Assembly (NCBI GenBank): GCA_016432345.1
Contig: CP066685.1
Span: 240,236-304,235, forward strand
Direction: 5' to 3'
DNA: 64,000 nucleotides
From: Candidatus Levyibacteriota bacterium
GTDB lineage: Bacteria; Patescibacteriota; Microgenomatia; Levybacterales; UBA12049
The notes beneath the pieces are model-generated. The model worked only from the letters and a program-made list of their open reading frames with translations. It was not told the DNA's origin and ran no database searches. Position numbers and translations under genes: made by a program. Shown here piece after piece: positions 25,139 to 32,894 of the stretch; the stretch's first letter is position 1; each line of letters starts with the position of its first letter.

Positions 25139-26656
25139 ATGTTTTGGGCAGATGCTGTTGCGCAGGAATTAAAAAAAAGGAAGTTGCCGCTTGAATGGGT
25201 AGACGACATGAAAACTCCAAGCGGGAAAATTCATGTTGGCGCGCTTCGTGGGGTTGTAGTTCATGATCTTGCATATAAAGCTCTGCTAAGTTTAGGAGTT
25301 AAAGCAAAATATACTTATGTATTTGAAGATCAGGATCCTATGGACGGATTACCTGTTTATTTAGATCAGAATAAATACCAACAATATATGGGTTTGCCGT
25401 TATTTAAAGTTCCATCCCCCGAGAAAGGTTACGAAAACTACGCAAGATATTATGCGTCTGATTTTAAAAAAGTTTTTAACGCAATAGGATGTAATCCAGA
25501 AATCATTTGGGTTACAGATTTATATAAAAGTGGGCGAATGAATGATTGTATAAAACAAGCCTTAGATAAATCACAAGAAATAAAAAAAATCTATGAAGCA
25601 ATGTACAAAAAACAAATTTCTGATCCATGGTATCCATTTCAAGTGTATTGTGTTTCTTGTGGAAAAGTGTCAACAACAAAAGTAACAGATTGGGATGGAA
25701 AAGAAGTTACATTTACTTGTAATGTAGATGCGGTTAAATACACAAAAGGATGTGGATTTATAGGTAAAGCATCGCCCTTTAGCGATGAAAAAGAAGTTAG
25801 GGGAAAACTACCATGGAAAGTAGAATGGCCGGCAAAGTGGAAAACAATTGGAATTACTGTAGAAGGTGGAGGTAAAGATCATATGAGCGCTGGAGGCTCA
25901 TACGATCTTTCTTCGCAGATAGCAAAGAAAATTTTTGCTTATTCTCCTCCGTTTGCTTTGCCTTATGAATTTTTTTTGGTAGGAGGTAAAAAAATGTCTT
26001 CGTCTAAAGGTTTAGGGTCTTCTGCCTCTGACATGCTTGAAATTTTACCGCCAGAACTATTGCGGTTTTTAATGGTGAAAACAAAAATTAATCAGGCAAT
26101 TAATTTCGACCCTGCAGAAAAAGATACGATTTCAACACTTTTTGATGAGTATCAAAAAGCAGCAGAGGCATATTTTGAAAAAACGAGTGATGATTTAGCG
26201 CGAACTTTCGAATTATCACAAATAGATAAAGTAAAAAAACCACCTACGGTACGTTTTTCTGTTTTGGCGCAGTGGGTACAGATGCCAAATATGGATTTGG
26301 AAATTAAAAAAGAGGGTTTGGAGGAATGGGCAAAATATGCCAGGATTTGGGTAGAGCGGTTTGCCCCGGAATCGGAAAAATTTGTTGTACAAAAAGAATT
26401 ACCAGAGCAAGCCAAAAATTTGTCAGGACTGCAAAAACAGTTTCTTGCAAGATTATCAAGTGAATTAGATAAAAATTGGATTGCCGAAGATTTGCAAAAA
26501 AACCTTTTTGAATGGGCAAAAGAATTGGGTGTCTCTTCTAAAGATGCGTTTGCTGCAATATATTTATCGTTAATAGGCAAAGACCACGGCCCAAAAGCAG
26601 GGTGGATTATTTTATCCCTCGATAAAGAGTTTGTTAAAAAGAGGTTTAATGAGTAA
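25139..26656 (+). CDS. lysK: Lysine--tRNA ligase, class I (archaeal-type)
   Basis: PSGKIHVGALRG (HIGH-like) and KMSSSKG (KMSKS), with class I LysRS length and layout. Confidence 0.88.
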   Translation: MFWADAVAQELKKRKLPLEWVDDMKTPSGKIHVGALRGVVVHDLAYKALLSLGVKAKYTYVFEDQDPMDGLPVYLDQNKYQQYMGLPLFKVPSPEKGYENYARYYASDFKKVFNAIGCNPEIIWVTDLYKSGRMNDCIKQALDKSQEIKKIYEAMYKKQISDPWYPFQVYCVSCGKVSTTKVTDWDGKEVTFTCNVDAVKYTKGCGFIGKASPFSDEKEVRGKLPWKVEWPAKWKTIGITVEGGGKDHMSAGGSYDLSSQIAKKIFAYSPPFALPYEFFLVGGKKMSSSKGLGSSASDMLEILPPELLRFLMVKTKINQAINFDPAEKDTISTLFDEYQKAAEAYFEKTSDDLARTFELSQIDKVKKPPTVRFSVLAQWVQMPNMDLEIKKEGLEEWAKYARIWVERFAPESEKFVVQKELPEQAKNLSGLQKQFLARLSSELDKNWIAEDLQKNLFEWAKELGVSSKDAFAAIYLSLIGKDHGPKAGWIILSLDKEFVKKRFNE

Positions 26657-28103
26657 ATTATTTTTTCTTTTGGCTTTGCTTTTTCTTTTTACGAGACTGT
26701 ATAATCTAACCCTTTTACCTATTTTTACCGACGAGGCTATTTATATTTATTGGGCAAAGTACATTGCTACATTTCATAGTCATTTTTTTATGTCCTTAAC
26801 CGATGGTAAGCCACCGCTTTTTATTTGGTTTATTGCTTTGCTTTTGCAGGTATTTCCGCAAGATATATATCTTGCTGCCGGAAGATTAATTTCTGTTATT
26901 GCCGGCGGAGCAACTATTGTTGGAATTTACAAACTAACCAATCTTCTTTTTTCTTCAAAAAAAATTGCGTATCTTGCTGTATTTTTTTCTATTATGAATC
27001 CATTTATGCTTTTGTATGACCGACTGGCACTTTACGACAGTTTGCTTTCTGCTTTTCTTTTATGGAGTGTATACTTTGCTGTTAAGACTGCAAGTACATT
27101 AGCAAAAAAAGATGCATTGCTTTGGGGATTATTTTTGGGTTTGGGTTTTCTAACAAAACCTCCGGCAGTTATTTTTGCATTACTTACGCCTCTTTGTTTT
27201 TTTGTTTTGATCTGGAGAAAACATAAAATAACAAAGATAGTATTGTTACCTCTTATTGCAGTAGGTATCGCAGAATTGATGAATAGCATCCAAAGATTTT
27301 CTTTTAACTACCAGCTTATGGTTGAAAAAAATCAAAAATTTCAGCTTCCGGTTAACGAACTATTTTCTGCGCCATTTTACGAAATAGGAAAAAATTTTAA
27401 TGAATTATCCCAGTGGATAATTGCATATTACACAATTCCTATATTTATTGCTGGAGTTATCGGATTGCTGGTTATTTTGTATAAAGATTTTCGAAAAGGC
27501 AGTTTGCTTTTTATTCTATGGTTTGTGCCAATTATTATTTTTGCAACGGTCGGAAAAATACTTTTTCCAAGATATATTCTTTTTACCACTCCGTATTTTT
27601 TGATAGCTATCTCGGCAGTTTTATATCAAATAAAAGTTGCAAAAGTACGAATCACATTACTTATTTTTTTGTTTTTTTTGTCATTGCAATTTGATTATTT
27701 TCTGATTACAAATCCCACAAAGGCTTCATTGCCGCTTACCGATTACAATCAATATATAACAAGTGAATATTCTGGATATGGGCTAGATAAGACATTTGCT
27801 TTTCTTGATAAAGAATTAGATAATGGCCCGCGTATTACTCTGATAACAGAGGGAAAGTTTGGTCTTTTTCCTTATGCGTTTATGTTAGAGTATTGGCACG
27901 ACCCGCGCATAACTATTATTCCAAGTTGGATTCCAGACAAAAACGAGTTTGATTTATATAATCTTGCAAAATCTGCCAAAGCACTTGTGGTATTCAGCAG
28001 GCAAAAAGATGTCCCAAAATCGTACCCATTGCGTTTGGTCCTAAAAGCAGAAAAGCCGGGCCGAAGGCACCCAATATTACTTACAACATTACAAGATAGA
28101 TGA
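26649..28103 (+). CDS. Glycosyltransferase family 39 (ArnT/PMT-like) membrane protein
   Basis: More than 10 TM helices, with an N-terminal TDEAIY...DGKPPLFIW loop typical of GT-C/GT39. The probable ATG at 26649 overlaps the lysK stop. Confidence 0.6.
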   Translation: MSKLFFLLALLFLFTRLYNLTLLPIFTDEAIYIYWAKYIATFHSHFFMSLTDGKPPLFIWFIALLLQVFPQDIYLAAGRLISVIAGGATIVGIYKLTNLLFSSKKIAYLAVFFSIMNPFMLLYDRLALYDSLLSAFLLWSVYFAVKTASTLAKKDALLWGLFLGLGFLTKPPAVIFALLTPLCFFVLIWRKHKITKIVLLPLIAVGIAELMNSIQRFSFNYQLMVEKNQKFQLPVNELFSAPFYEIGKNFNELSQWIIAYYTIPIFIAGVIGLLVILYKDFRKGSLLFILWFVPIIIFATVGKILFPRYILFTTPYFLIAISAVLYQIKVAKVRITLLIFLFFLSLQFDYFLITNPTKASLPLTDYNQYITSEYSGYGLDKTFAFLDKELDNGPRITLITEGKFGLFPYAFMLEYWHDPRITIIPSWIPDKNEFDLYNLAKSAKALVVFSRQKDVPKSYPLRLVLKAEKPGRRHPILLTTLQDR

Positions 28104-28708
28104 ATTTATTAATTGCCACAACAAATAAAGGAAAACTTGCGGAATTAAAAACTTTTTTACAAGATGTTCCCGTTGAATTAGTGTCTTTATCAGATGTCGG
28201 GATAACAGATGATGTAGAAGAAACAGGAAAAACCTACAAAGAAAATTCTCAAAAAAAAGCTCTATTTTATGCCAGAAAAAGCAATCTTCCGGTAATTGCC
28301 GATGATGGAGGTTTGGAAATAGATGCGTTAGGGGGTGCGCCTGGAGTTAAATCTAGGCGATGGTTGGGAAAGGCTGAATCTGATGAAGTACTACTTAATC
28401 ATTTAGCAAGTGTGGCAAAAAATCTCCCCTATGAAAATAGGAAGGCGTGGTTTAAAACAGTTATTTCTTTTGCTTTACCCAATGGAAAAGTATGGAGTGT
28501 GAGTGGAGAAGTTGAAGGGATTATTGCAGAAAAACCGCACGTAAAAATTCTTAAAGGTTATCCGTATCGGTCGTTTTTTTATTTGCCGAAGATAAAAAAG
28601 TATTATCACGAAGATCAGTTATCAGATAAGGAACAAAAGTTGTATAATCATAGATATAAGGCGATAGAAAAATTAAAGCCCATAATTAAAAAGTATGTTA
28701 GACATTAA
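28100..28708 (+). CDS. rdgB: Non-canonical purine NTP pyrophosphatase (RdgB/HAM1)
   Basis: LIATTNKGKLAEL N-terminus and ADDGGLEIDALGGAPGVKS motif. Confidence 0.88.
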   Translation: MNLLIATTNKGKLAELKTFLQDVPVELVSLSDVGITDDVEETGKTYKENSQKKALFYARKSNLPVIADDGGLEIDALGGAPGVKSRRWLGKAESDEVLLNHLASVAKNLPYENRKAWFKTVISFALPNGKVWSVSGEVEGIIAEKPHVKILKGYPYRSFFYLPKIKKYYHEDQLSDKEQKLYNHRYKAIEKLKPIIKKYVRH

Positions 28709-29942
28709 ATTTATTCGGGAAAATCCAAGTCTTGTACAAAAATCTGCAAAAGATAAAAAAGTTGATATTAGCATTGATCATGTTTTAAAGATTGATAGAA
28801 AGTATCGAGAGCTTTTTTTATCTGTTCAAAAACTTCGGGAAGAACGAAATAAAATCGCAAAAGAACAGAATAGGGAAAGAGGGAAAGAAATAAAAGACAG
28901 GTTGGAAAAAGAAGAACATGCATTAAACTCTGTTCAAGAAAAATTGCAAGAGTGGCTTTTAAAAATTCCCAATCTTCCAAAAAGTGATGTAAAAGTTGGT
29001 AAAGATGAATCTGAAAATAAAGTCATTAAAACATATGAAGAACCTACAAAATTTAATTTTACCCCAAAAGATCATTTAGAACTTGGAGAAGCACTCGATA
29101 TTATCGATGTAGAAAGAGCTGCAAAAGTTTCTGGGGCGCGTTTTGCATATCTCAAAGGTGATGCAGTACTCTTAGAATTTGCTTTGGTTCAATTAGCGAT
29201 GGAAACTTTACTAAAAGAGGGATTTATCCCAGTTATTCCACCAGTATTAATTCATCAAGAGATTACAGAAGGTCTTGGTTATTGGCAAGCAGGCGGAAAC
29301 GAAGATTACTATTTGGTTGGAGAACCAACAGAAGGAAAAAATTTCTATCTTGCCGGAACAGCAGAGCACGCAATAGTGCCAATGCATAAAGATGAAGTAT
29401 TTCAAAAAAAAGATTTACCAAAACGGTATGTTGGGTTTTCGTCGGCATTTCGGCGAGAAGCAGGAAGTTATGGTAAAGATACAAAGGGAATTTTGCGGGT
29501 GCATCAATTCGACAAAGTAGAAATGGTTTCGTTTGTTCCAAAAGAAGAAGACGATAAAGAACATGATTATTTATTGTCTTTGGAAGAAAAATTATTTCAA
29601 ATGTTAGAGATTCCATACCAAGTAATAAAAATGTGCACTGGTGATTTAGGATTTCCAGCTGCCAGAAAATATGACATCGAAGCATGGATGCCGGGACAAA
29701 ATAAATATCGAGAAGTTACATCGGTTTCTACAGTTACTGATTTTCAGTCTCGAAGATTAAGTATTAAATACCAAGATGGTAATGAAAAAAAGTTCGCGCA
29801 TATTCTTAATGGAACTGCATTTGCAATTGGTCGGACAATTATTGCAATTTTGGAGAATTATCAGCAAGAGGACGGGTCTATAAAAATTCCAACTGTTTTA
29901 CAAAAATATATTGATAAAGATCGTATTACATCTTCAAAATAA
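28695..29942 (+). CDS. serS: Serine--tRNA ligase
   Basis: N-terminal coiled-coil arm. Class II motifs FRREAGSYGKDTKGILRVHQFDKVE and GTAFAIGRTIIAILENYQ. Confidence 0.93.
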   Translation: MLDIKFIRENPSLVQKSAKDKKVDISIDHVLKIDRKYRELFLSVQKLREERNKIAKEQNRERGKEIKDRLEKEEHALNSVQEKLQEWLLKIPNLPKSDVKVGKDESENKVIKTYEEPTKFNFTPKDHLELGEALDIIDVERAAKVSGARFAYLKGDAVLLEFALVQLAMETLLKEGFIPVIPPVLIHQEITEGLGYWQAGGNEDYYLVGEPTEGKNFYLAGTAEHAIVPMHKDEVFQKKDLPKRYVGFSSAFRREAGSYGKDTKGILRVHQFDKVEMVSFVPKEEDDKEHDYLLSLEEKLFQMLEIPYQVIKMCTGDLGFPAARKYDIEAWMPGQNKYREVTSVSTVTDFQSRRLSIKYQDGNEKKFAHILNGTAFAIGRTIIAILENYQQEDGSIKIPTVLQKYIDKDRITSSK

Positions 29943-30105
29943 TTCTCCAAAAAATATAAAAAATAACTATTGTGATTTTTGTTGTTATTGCAATCTAAAT
30001 TATTTGTTTTGAAGCAAAGGAAAATTCTTGACAAAATAAAAAAAATATTCCACGATTTATATATCATCAATCTTAAATTTTTATCATGAAAATTTAAGAA
30101 AAAAA

Positions 30106-30116
30106 AGAGGAGGTGA
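30106..30116 (+). promoter_or_regulatory. Strong Shine-Dalgarno sequence (AGAGGAGGTGA) for the mini-ORF
   Basis: Near-perfect anti-SD complement, 8-10 nt upstream of ATG 30125. Confidence 0.6.
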
Positions 30117-30124
30117 ATTACTCC

Positions 30125-30157
30125 ATGGCAAAAAAGAAAAAGAAAAAGAAAAAGTAA
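30125..30157 (+). CDS. Mini-ORF encoding MAKKKKKKKK (candidate leader or regulatory peptide)
   Basis: ATG GCA (AAA AAG)x4 TAA. Strong SD upstream, with a hairpin and a terminator downstream. It lies in the 330-nt gap before secA. Confidence 0.45.
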   Translation: MAKKKKKKKK

Positions 30158-30195
30158 ATTGGTAAGATAGTCCGCCAATTGGCGGATTACCAATT
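30157..30195 (+). promoter_or_regulatory. Nested hairpin overlapping the mini-ORF stop
   Basis: AATTGGTAA (30157-65) / TTACCAATT (30187-95) enclose the perfect palindrome TCCGCCAATTGGCGGA (30171-86). An alternative partner TTGGTAA lies at 30202-08. Confidence 0.55.
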
Positions 30196-30207
30196 GATCA
30201 GTTGGTA

Positions 30208-30249
30208 AAAACCCCGTTCCACATTATGTAGGGCGGGGTTTTTCTTTTT
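30208..30249 (+). terminator. Rho-independent terminator 24 nt upstream of secA
   Basis: AAAACCCCG (30208-16) / CGGGGTTTT (30234-42) followed by TCTTTTT. Confidence 0.7.
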
Positions 30250-30255
30250 AATGTA

Positions 30256-30264
30256 TGGTAAAAT
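30256..30264 (+). promoter_or_regulatory. Extended -10-like element TGGTAAAAT immediately upstream of secA
   Basis: A TGnTAAAAT match at 30256-64. The ATG at 30273 lies 9 nt downstream, and no SD is present. Confidence 0.3.
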
Positions 30265-30272
30265 AGTAATAT

Positions 30273-32894
30273 ATGCTTTCGTTTTTAGGAAAACTGTTTG
30301 ATTCCAATCAAAAAGAATTACAAAAGATTGCGCCTATTCTTTCTGAAATAAATTCTTTTGAAAAAAAAATTGAAAAATTAAAAGATAAAGATTTTGTAAA
30401 AAAAACAAATGAGTTTCGAGAAAGAATAAAAAGCGGGGAAGATTTAACAGTTATTCTGCCAGAGGCATTTGCGCTAGTTCGTGAAGCAGCCAAACGGACA
30501 ATAAGACAAAGACATTTTGATGTGCAGCTTATTGCCTCTACTATTTTAGCGAGCGGCAAAATTGCCGAGCAAAAAACAGGAGAAGGTAAAACTCTTTCTG
30601 CGGTACCGGCGCTTTATTTACATAGTTTAACTGGGAAAAGTGTTCATTTAGTAACGGTCAATGATTATTTGGCAAGACGAGATGCCGGATGGATGGGGCC
30701 AGTTTTTGATTTTTTGGGAATTACCGTTTCTTCTATTATTAACGAGCAGTCATTTATTTTTGATTCTTCGTATACCGATAAAGAAGTACATGATTTTAGA
30801 CTTTTGCATTTAAAACCAATTTCTAGAAAAGAGGCTTATAAGGCCGATATTGTTTATGGTATTAATTCGGAATTTGGTTTTGATTATTTACGTGATAACA
30901 TGGCAACGCAATTAGCGGATACAGTACAAAGAGGTTATTATTTTGCAGTTGTGGACGAGGTAGATTCGGTTCTTATTGATGAGGCAAGAACGCCGCATAT
31001 TATTTCGGCTCCTCAAGAGATTCCATCCCAAAAATATTATGAATATGCAAAATTAGTTGAAAAATTAAGTGAAGATACTGATTATAAAATAGATGAAAAA
31101 TTAAGAACAGCTCATTTAACAGATCATGGAATCGCAAAAATTGAAAAATTATTTGGTATTGCCAATATTTACGAAAATGATTTTGATACAGTTTATCATT
31201 TAGAAGCAGCCTTAAAAGCCAGAACGCTTTTCCAAAAAGAAAAAGATTACATTGTAAAAGATAATCAAGTTATTTTAGTTGATGAGTTTACAGGAAGATT
31301 AATGCAGGGTCGAAGATTATCCGAAGGACTTCATCAAGCAATTGAGGCAAAAGAAAATGTGCCAATCCAGAGAGAATCAAAAACTTTGGCAACTGTTTCT
31401 TTGCAGAATTATTTCCGCATGTACGAAAAATTAGCTGGCATGACCGGAACTGCTGTAACAGAAGCGGAGGAATTTAATAAAATTTATAAACTTGATGTTG
31501 TAGCTATTCCAACCAATAATCCCATGATAAGGCAAGACAGTTCGGATGCAATTTACAAGACCAATAGAGCAAAAATATCTGCGGTTATTGACGAGATAGA
31601 AAAGATTTATAAAGTAGGACAGCCTATTCTTGTTGGGACAACAGCTATTGATAAAAATGAAATTATATCTCAAGCCCTTCGCCGCCGCGGAATAAGACAT
31701 GAAGTTTTAAATGCCAAAAATCACGAGAAAGAAGCAGAAATTATATCTAAAGCAGGAGAAAAAGGAGCTGTTACTGTGGCCACAAACATGGCAGGACGTG
31801 GTGTTGATATTATTTTAGGAGGAGATCCGGGAGAGCAAGATAAAAAAACTTGGCAGAAAAAACATGACACGGTAGTTTCTTTAGGCGGACTCTATATTAT
31901 TGGAACAGAAAGGCATGAGTCAAGACGAGTTGACAATCAATTGCGAGGCAGGTCTGGAAGGCAGGGTGATCCTGGCGCATCCAGATTTTTTGTGGCGCTG
32001 GATGATGAAATTATGCGGCTTTTTGGAGGAGATATGATAGCAAACCTAATGACCCGATTTAATATGCCAGAAAATATACCGCTTGAACACCCAATTGTAA
32101 CGCGAGCAATAAGCCAAGCCCAAATTAAAGTTGAAGGATTTAATTTTGATATTCGCAAACATTTGGTTGAGTACGACGATGTGTTAAATAAACAAAGAGA
32201 AATTATTTATGTCATGCGAAGGGAGATGCTTGGAAAAGATGAAAAAAATGAAATTTCTTTAAAAGAAGAAGTTGTTAAAAAAATACAAGCAGCAATTACA
32301 ACAGCAGTAAGTCTTAGAACTACAGAAGCGCAGGAAAGAGGACAGTTGCCAATAACTGCTATTGTTTCGGATTTTGCAATGATTATTCCATTTGATGAGG
32401 CGTCGCAAGAGCAATTAAAAAAACAATTAGAGCAAATACAAGACGAACAAGAGAAAATATCTTTTCTTTCTAATTTGGCAGTTGATATTTACAATAACCG
32501 CGAAAAGCAGGTTGGAAAAGACGTTATGGAACAAATTGAACGATTTGTGGTGTTGTCTGTTATTGATAATTTGTGGACAGACCATTTAGATGCTGTAGAA
32601 AATTTACGCCAGGGTATTGGACTTAGGGGATACGGACAACGTGATCCGCTGGTTGAATATAAAAACGAAGCATTTCGTATGTTTGAGCAGCTAATCAATG
32701 CAATAGATGATGAGATTGTACATAGAATTTATAAAATTCAGGTTGCTGCACAACCAGCCTTACAACAAGAAGAAATATCAAACAATAAAAAAGCATCAAA
32801 AGTACCGAAGGGAGAGAAGTTGGGGCGTAATGATCCCTGTCCTTGCGGTTCTGGCAAAAAATGGAAGAAATGTCATTACCCAAATGTTTCATAA
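30273..32894 (+). CDS. secA: Preprotein translocase ATPase SecA
   Basis: Full-length SecA with MLSFLGKLFDSNQKEL, DEAD-like VVDEVDSVLIDEARTP, and the C-terminal zinc motif CPCGSGKKWKKCH. Confidence 0.95.
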   Translation: MLSFLGKLFDSNQKELQKIAPILSEINSFEKKIEKLKDKDFVKKTNEFRERIKSGEDLTVILPEAFALVREAAKRTIRQRHFDVQLIASTILASGKIAEQKTGEGKTLSAVPALYLHSLTGKSVHLVTVNDYLARRDAGWMGPVFDFLGITVSSIINEQSFIFDSSYTDKEVHDFRLLHLKPISRKEAYKADIVYGINSEFGFDYLRDNMATQLADTVQRGYYFAVVDEVDSVLIDEARTPHIISAPQEIPSQKYYEYAKLVEKLSEDTDYKIDEKLRTAHLTDHGIAKIEKLFGIANIYENDFDTVYHLEAALKARTLFQKEKDYIVKDNQVILVDEFTGRLMQGRRLSEGLHQAIEAKENVPIQRESKTLATVSLQNYFRMYEKLAGMTGTAVTEAEEFNKIYKLDVVAIPTNNPMIRQDSSDAIYKTNRAKISAVIDEIEKIYKVGQPILVGTTAIDKNEIISQALRRRGIRHEVLNAKNHEKEAEIISKAGEKGAVTVATNMAGRGVDIILGGDPGEQDKKTWQKKHDTVVSLGGLYIIGTERHESRRVDNQLRGRSGRQGDPGASRFFVALDDEIMRLFGGDMIANLMTRFNMPENIPLEHPIVTRAISQAQIKVEGFNFDIRKHLVEYDDVLNKQREIIYVMRREMLGKDEKNEISLKEEVVKKIQAAITTAVSLRTTEAQERGQLPITAIVSDFAMIIPFDEASQEQLKKQLEQIQDEQEKISFLSNLAVDIYNNREKQVGKDVMEQIERFVVLSVIDNLWTDHLDAVENLRQGIGLRGYGQRDPLVEYKNEAFRMFEQLINAIDDEIVHRIYKIQVAAQPALQQEEISNNKKASKVPKGEKLGRNDPCPCGSGKKWKKCHYPNVS

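Noticed and set aside
30028-30063. TTGACA box (30028-33) as the promoter of the poly-Lys mini-ORF unit
   Set aside because: No acceptable -10 hexamer lies at 16-19 nt spacing (candidates are at 10 or 22 nt). It is left unannotated, and the true TSS needs experimental mapping.
29861-30193. 110-aa minus-strand ORF covering the serS-secA spacer
   Set aside because: It is a low-complexity Leu/Phe-rich translation of an AT-rich spacer, antisense to the SD/mini-ORF/hairpin unit, with no start context.
32707-32883. Upstream extension of the YfhO-like ORF into secA (MMRLYIEF...), and similar long N-terminal extensions at 3016, 3758, 14650, 18067, 21604, 26631, 10596 and 13287
   Set aside because: The extensions overlap the preceding gene by tens to hundreds of nt and encode non-homologous sequence. 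Internal ATGs that give short (1-11 nt) overlaps or proper family N-termini were preferred.
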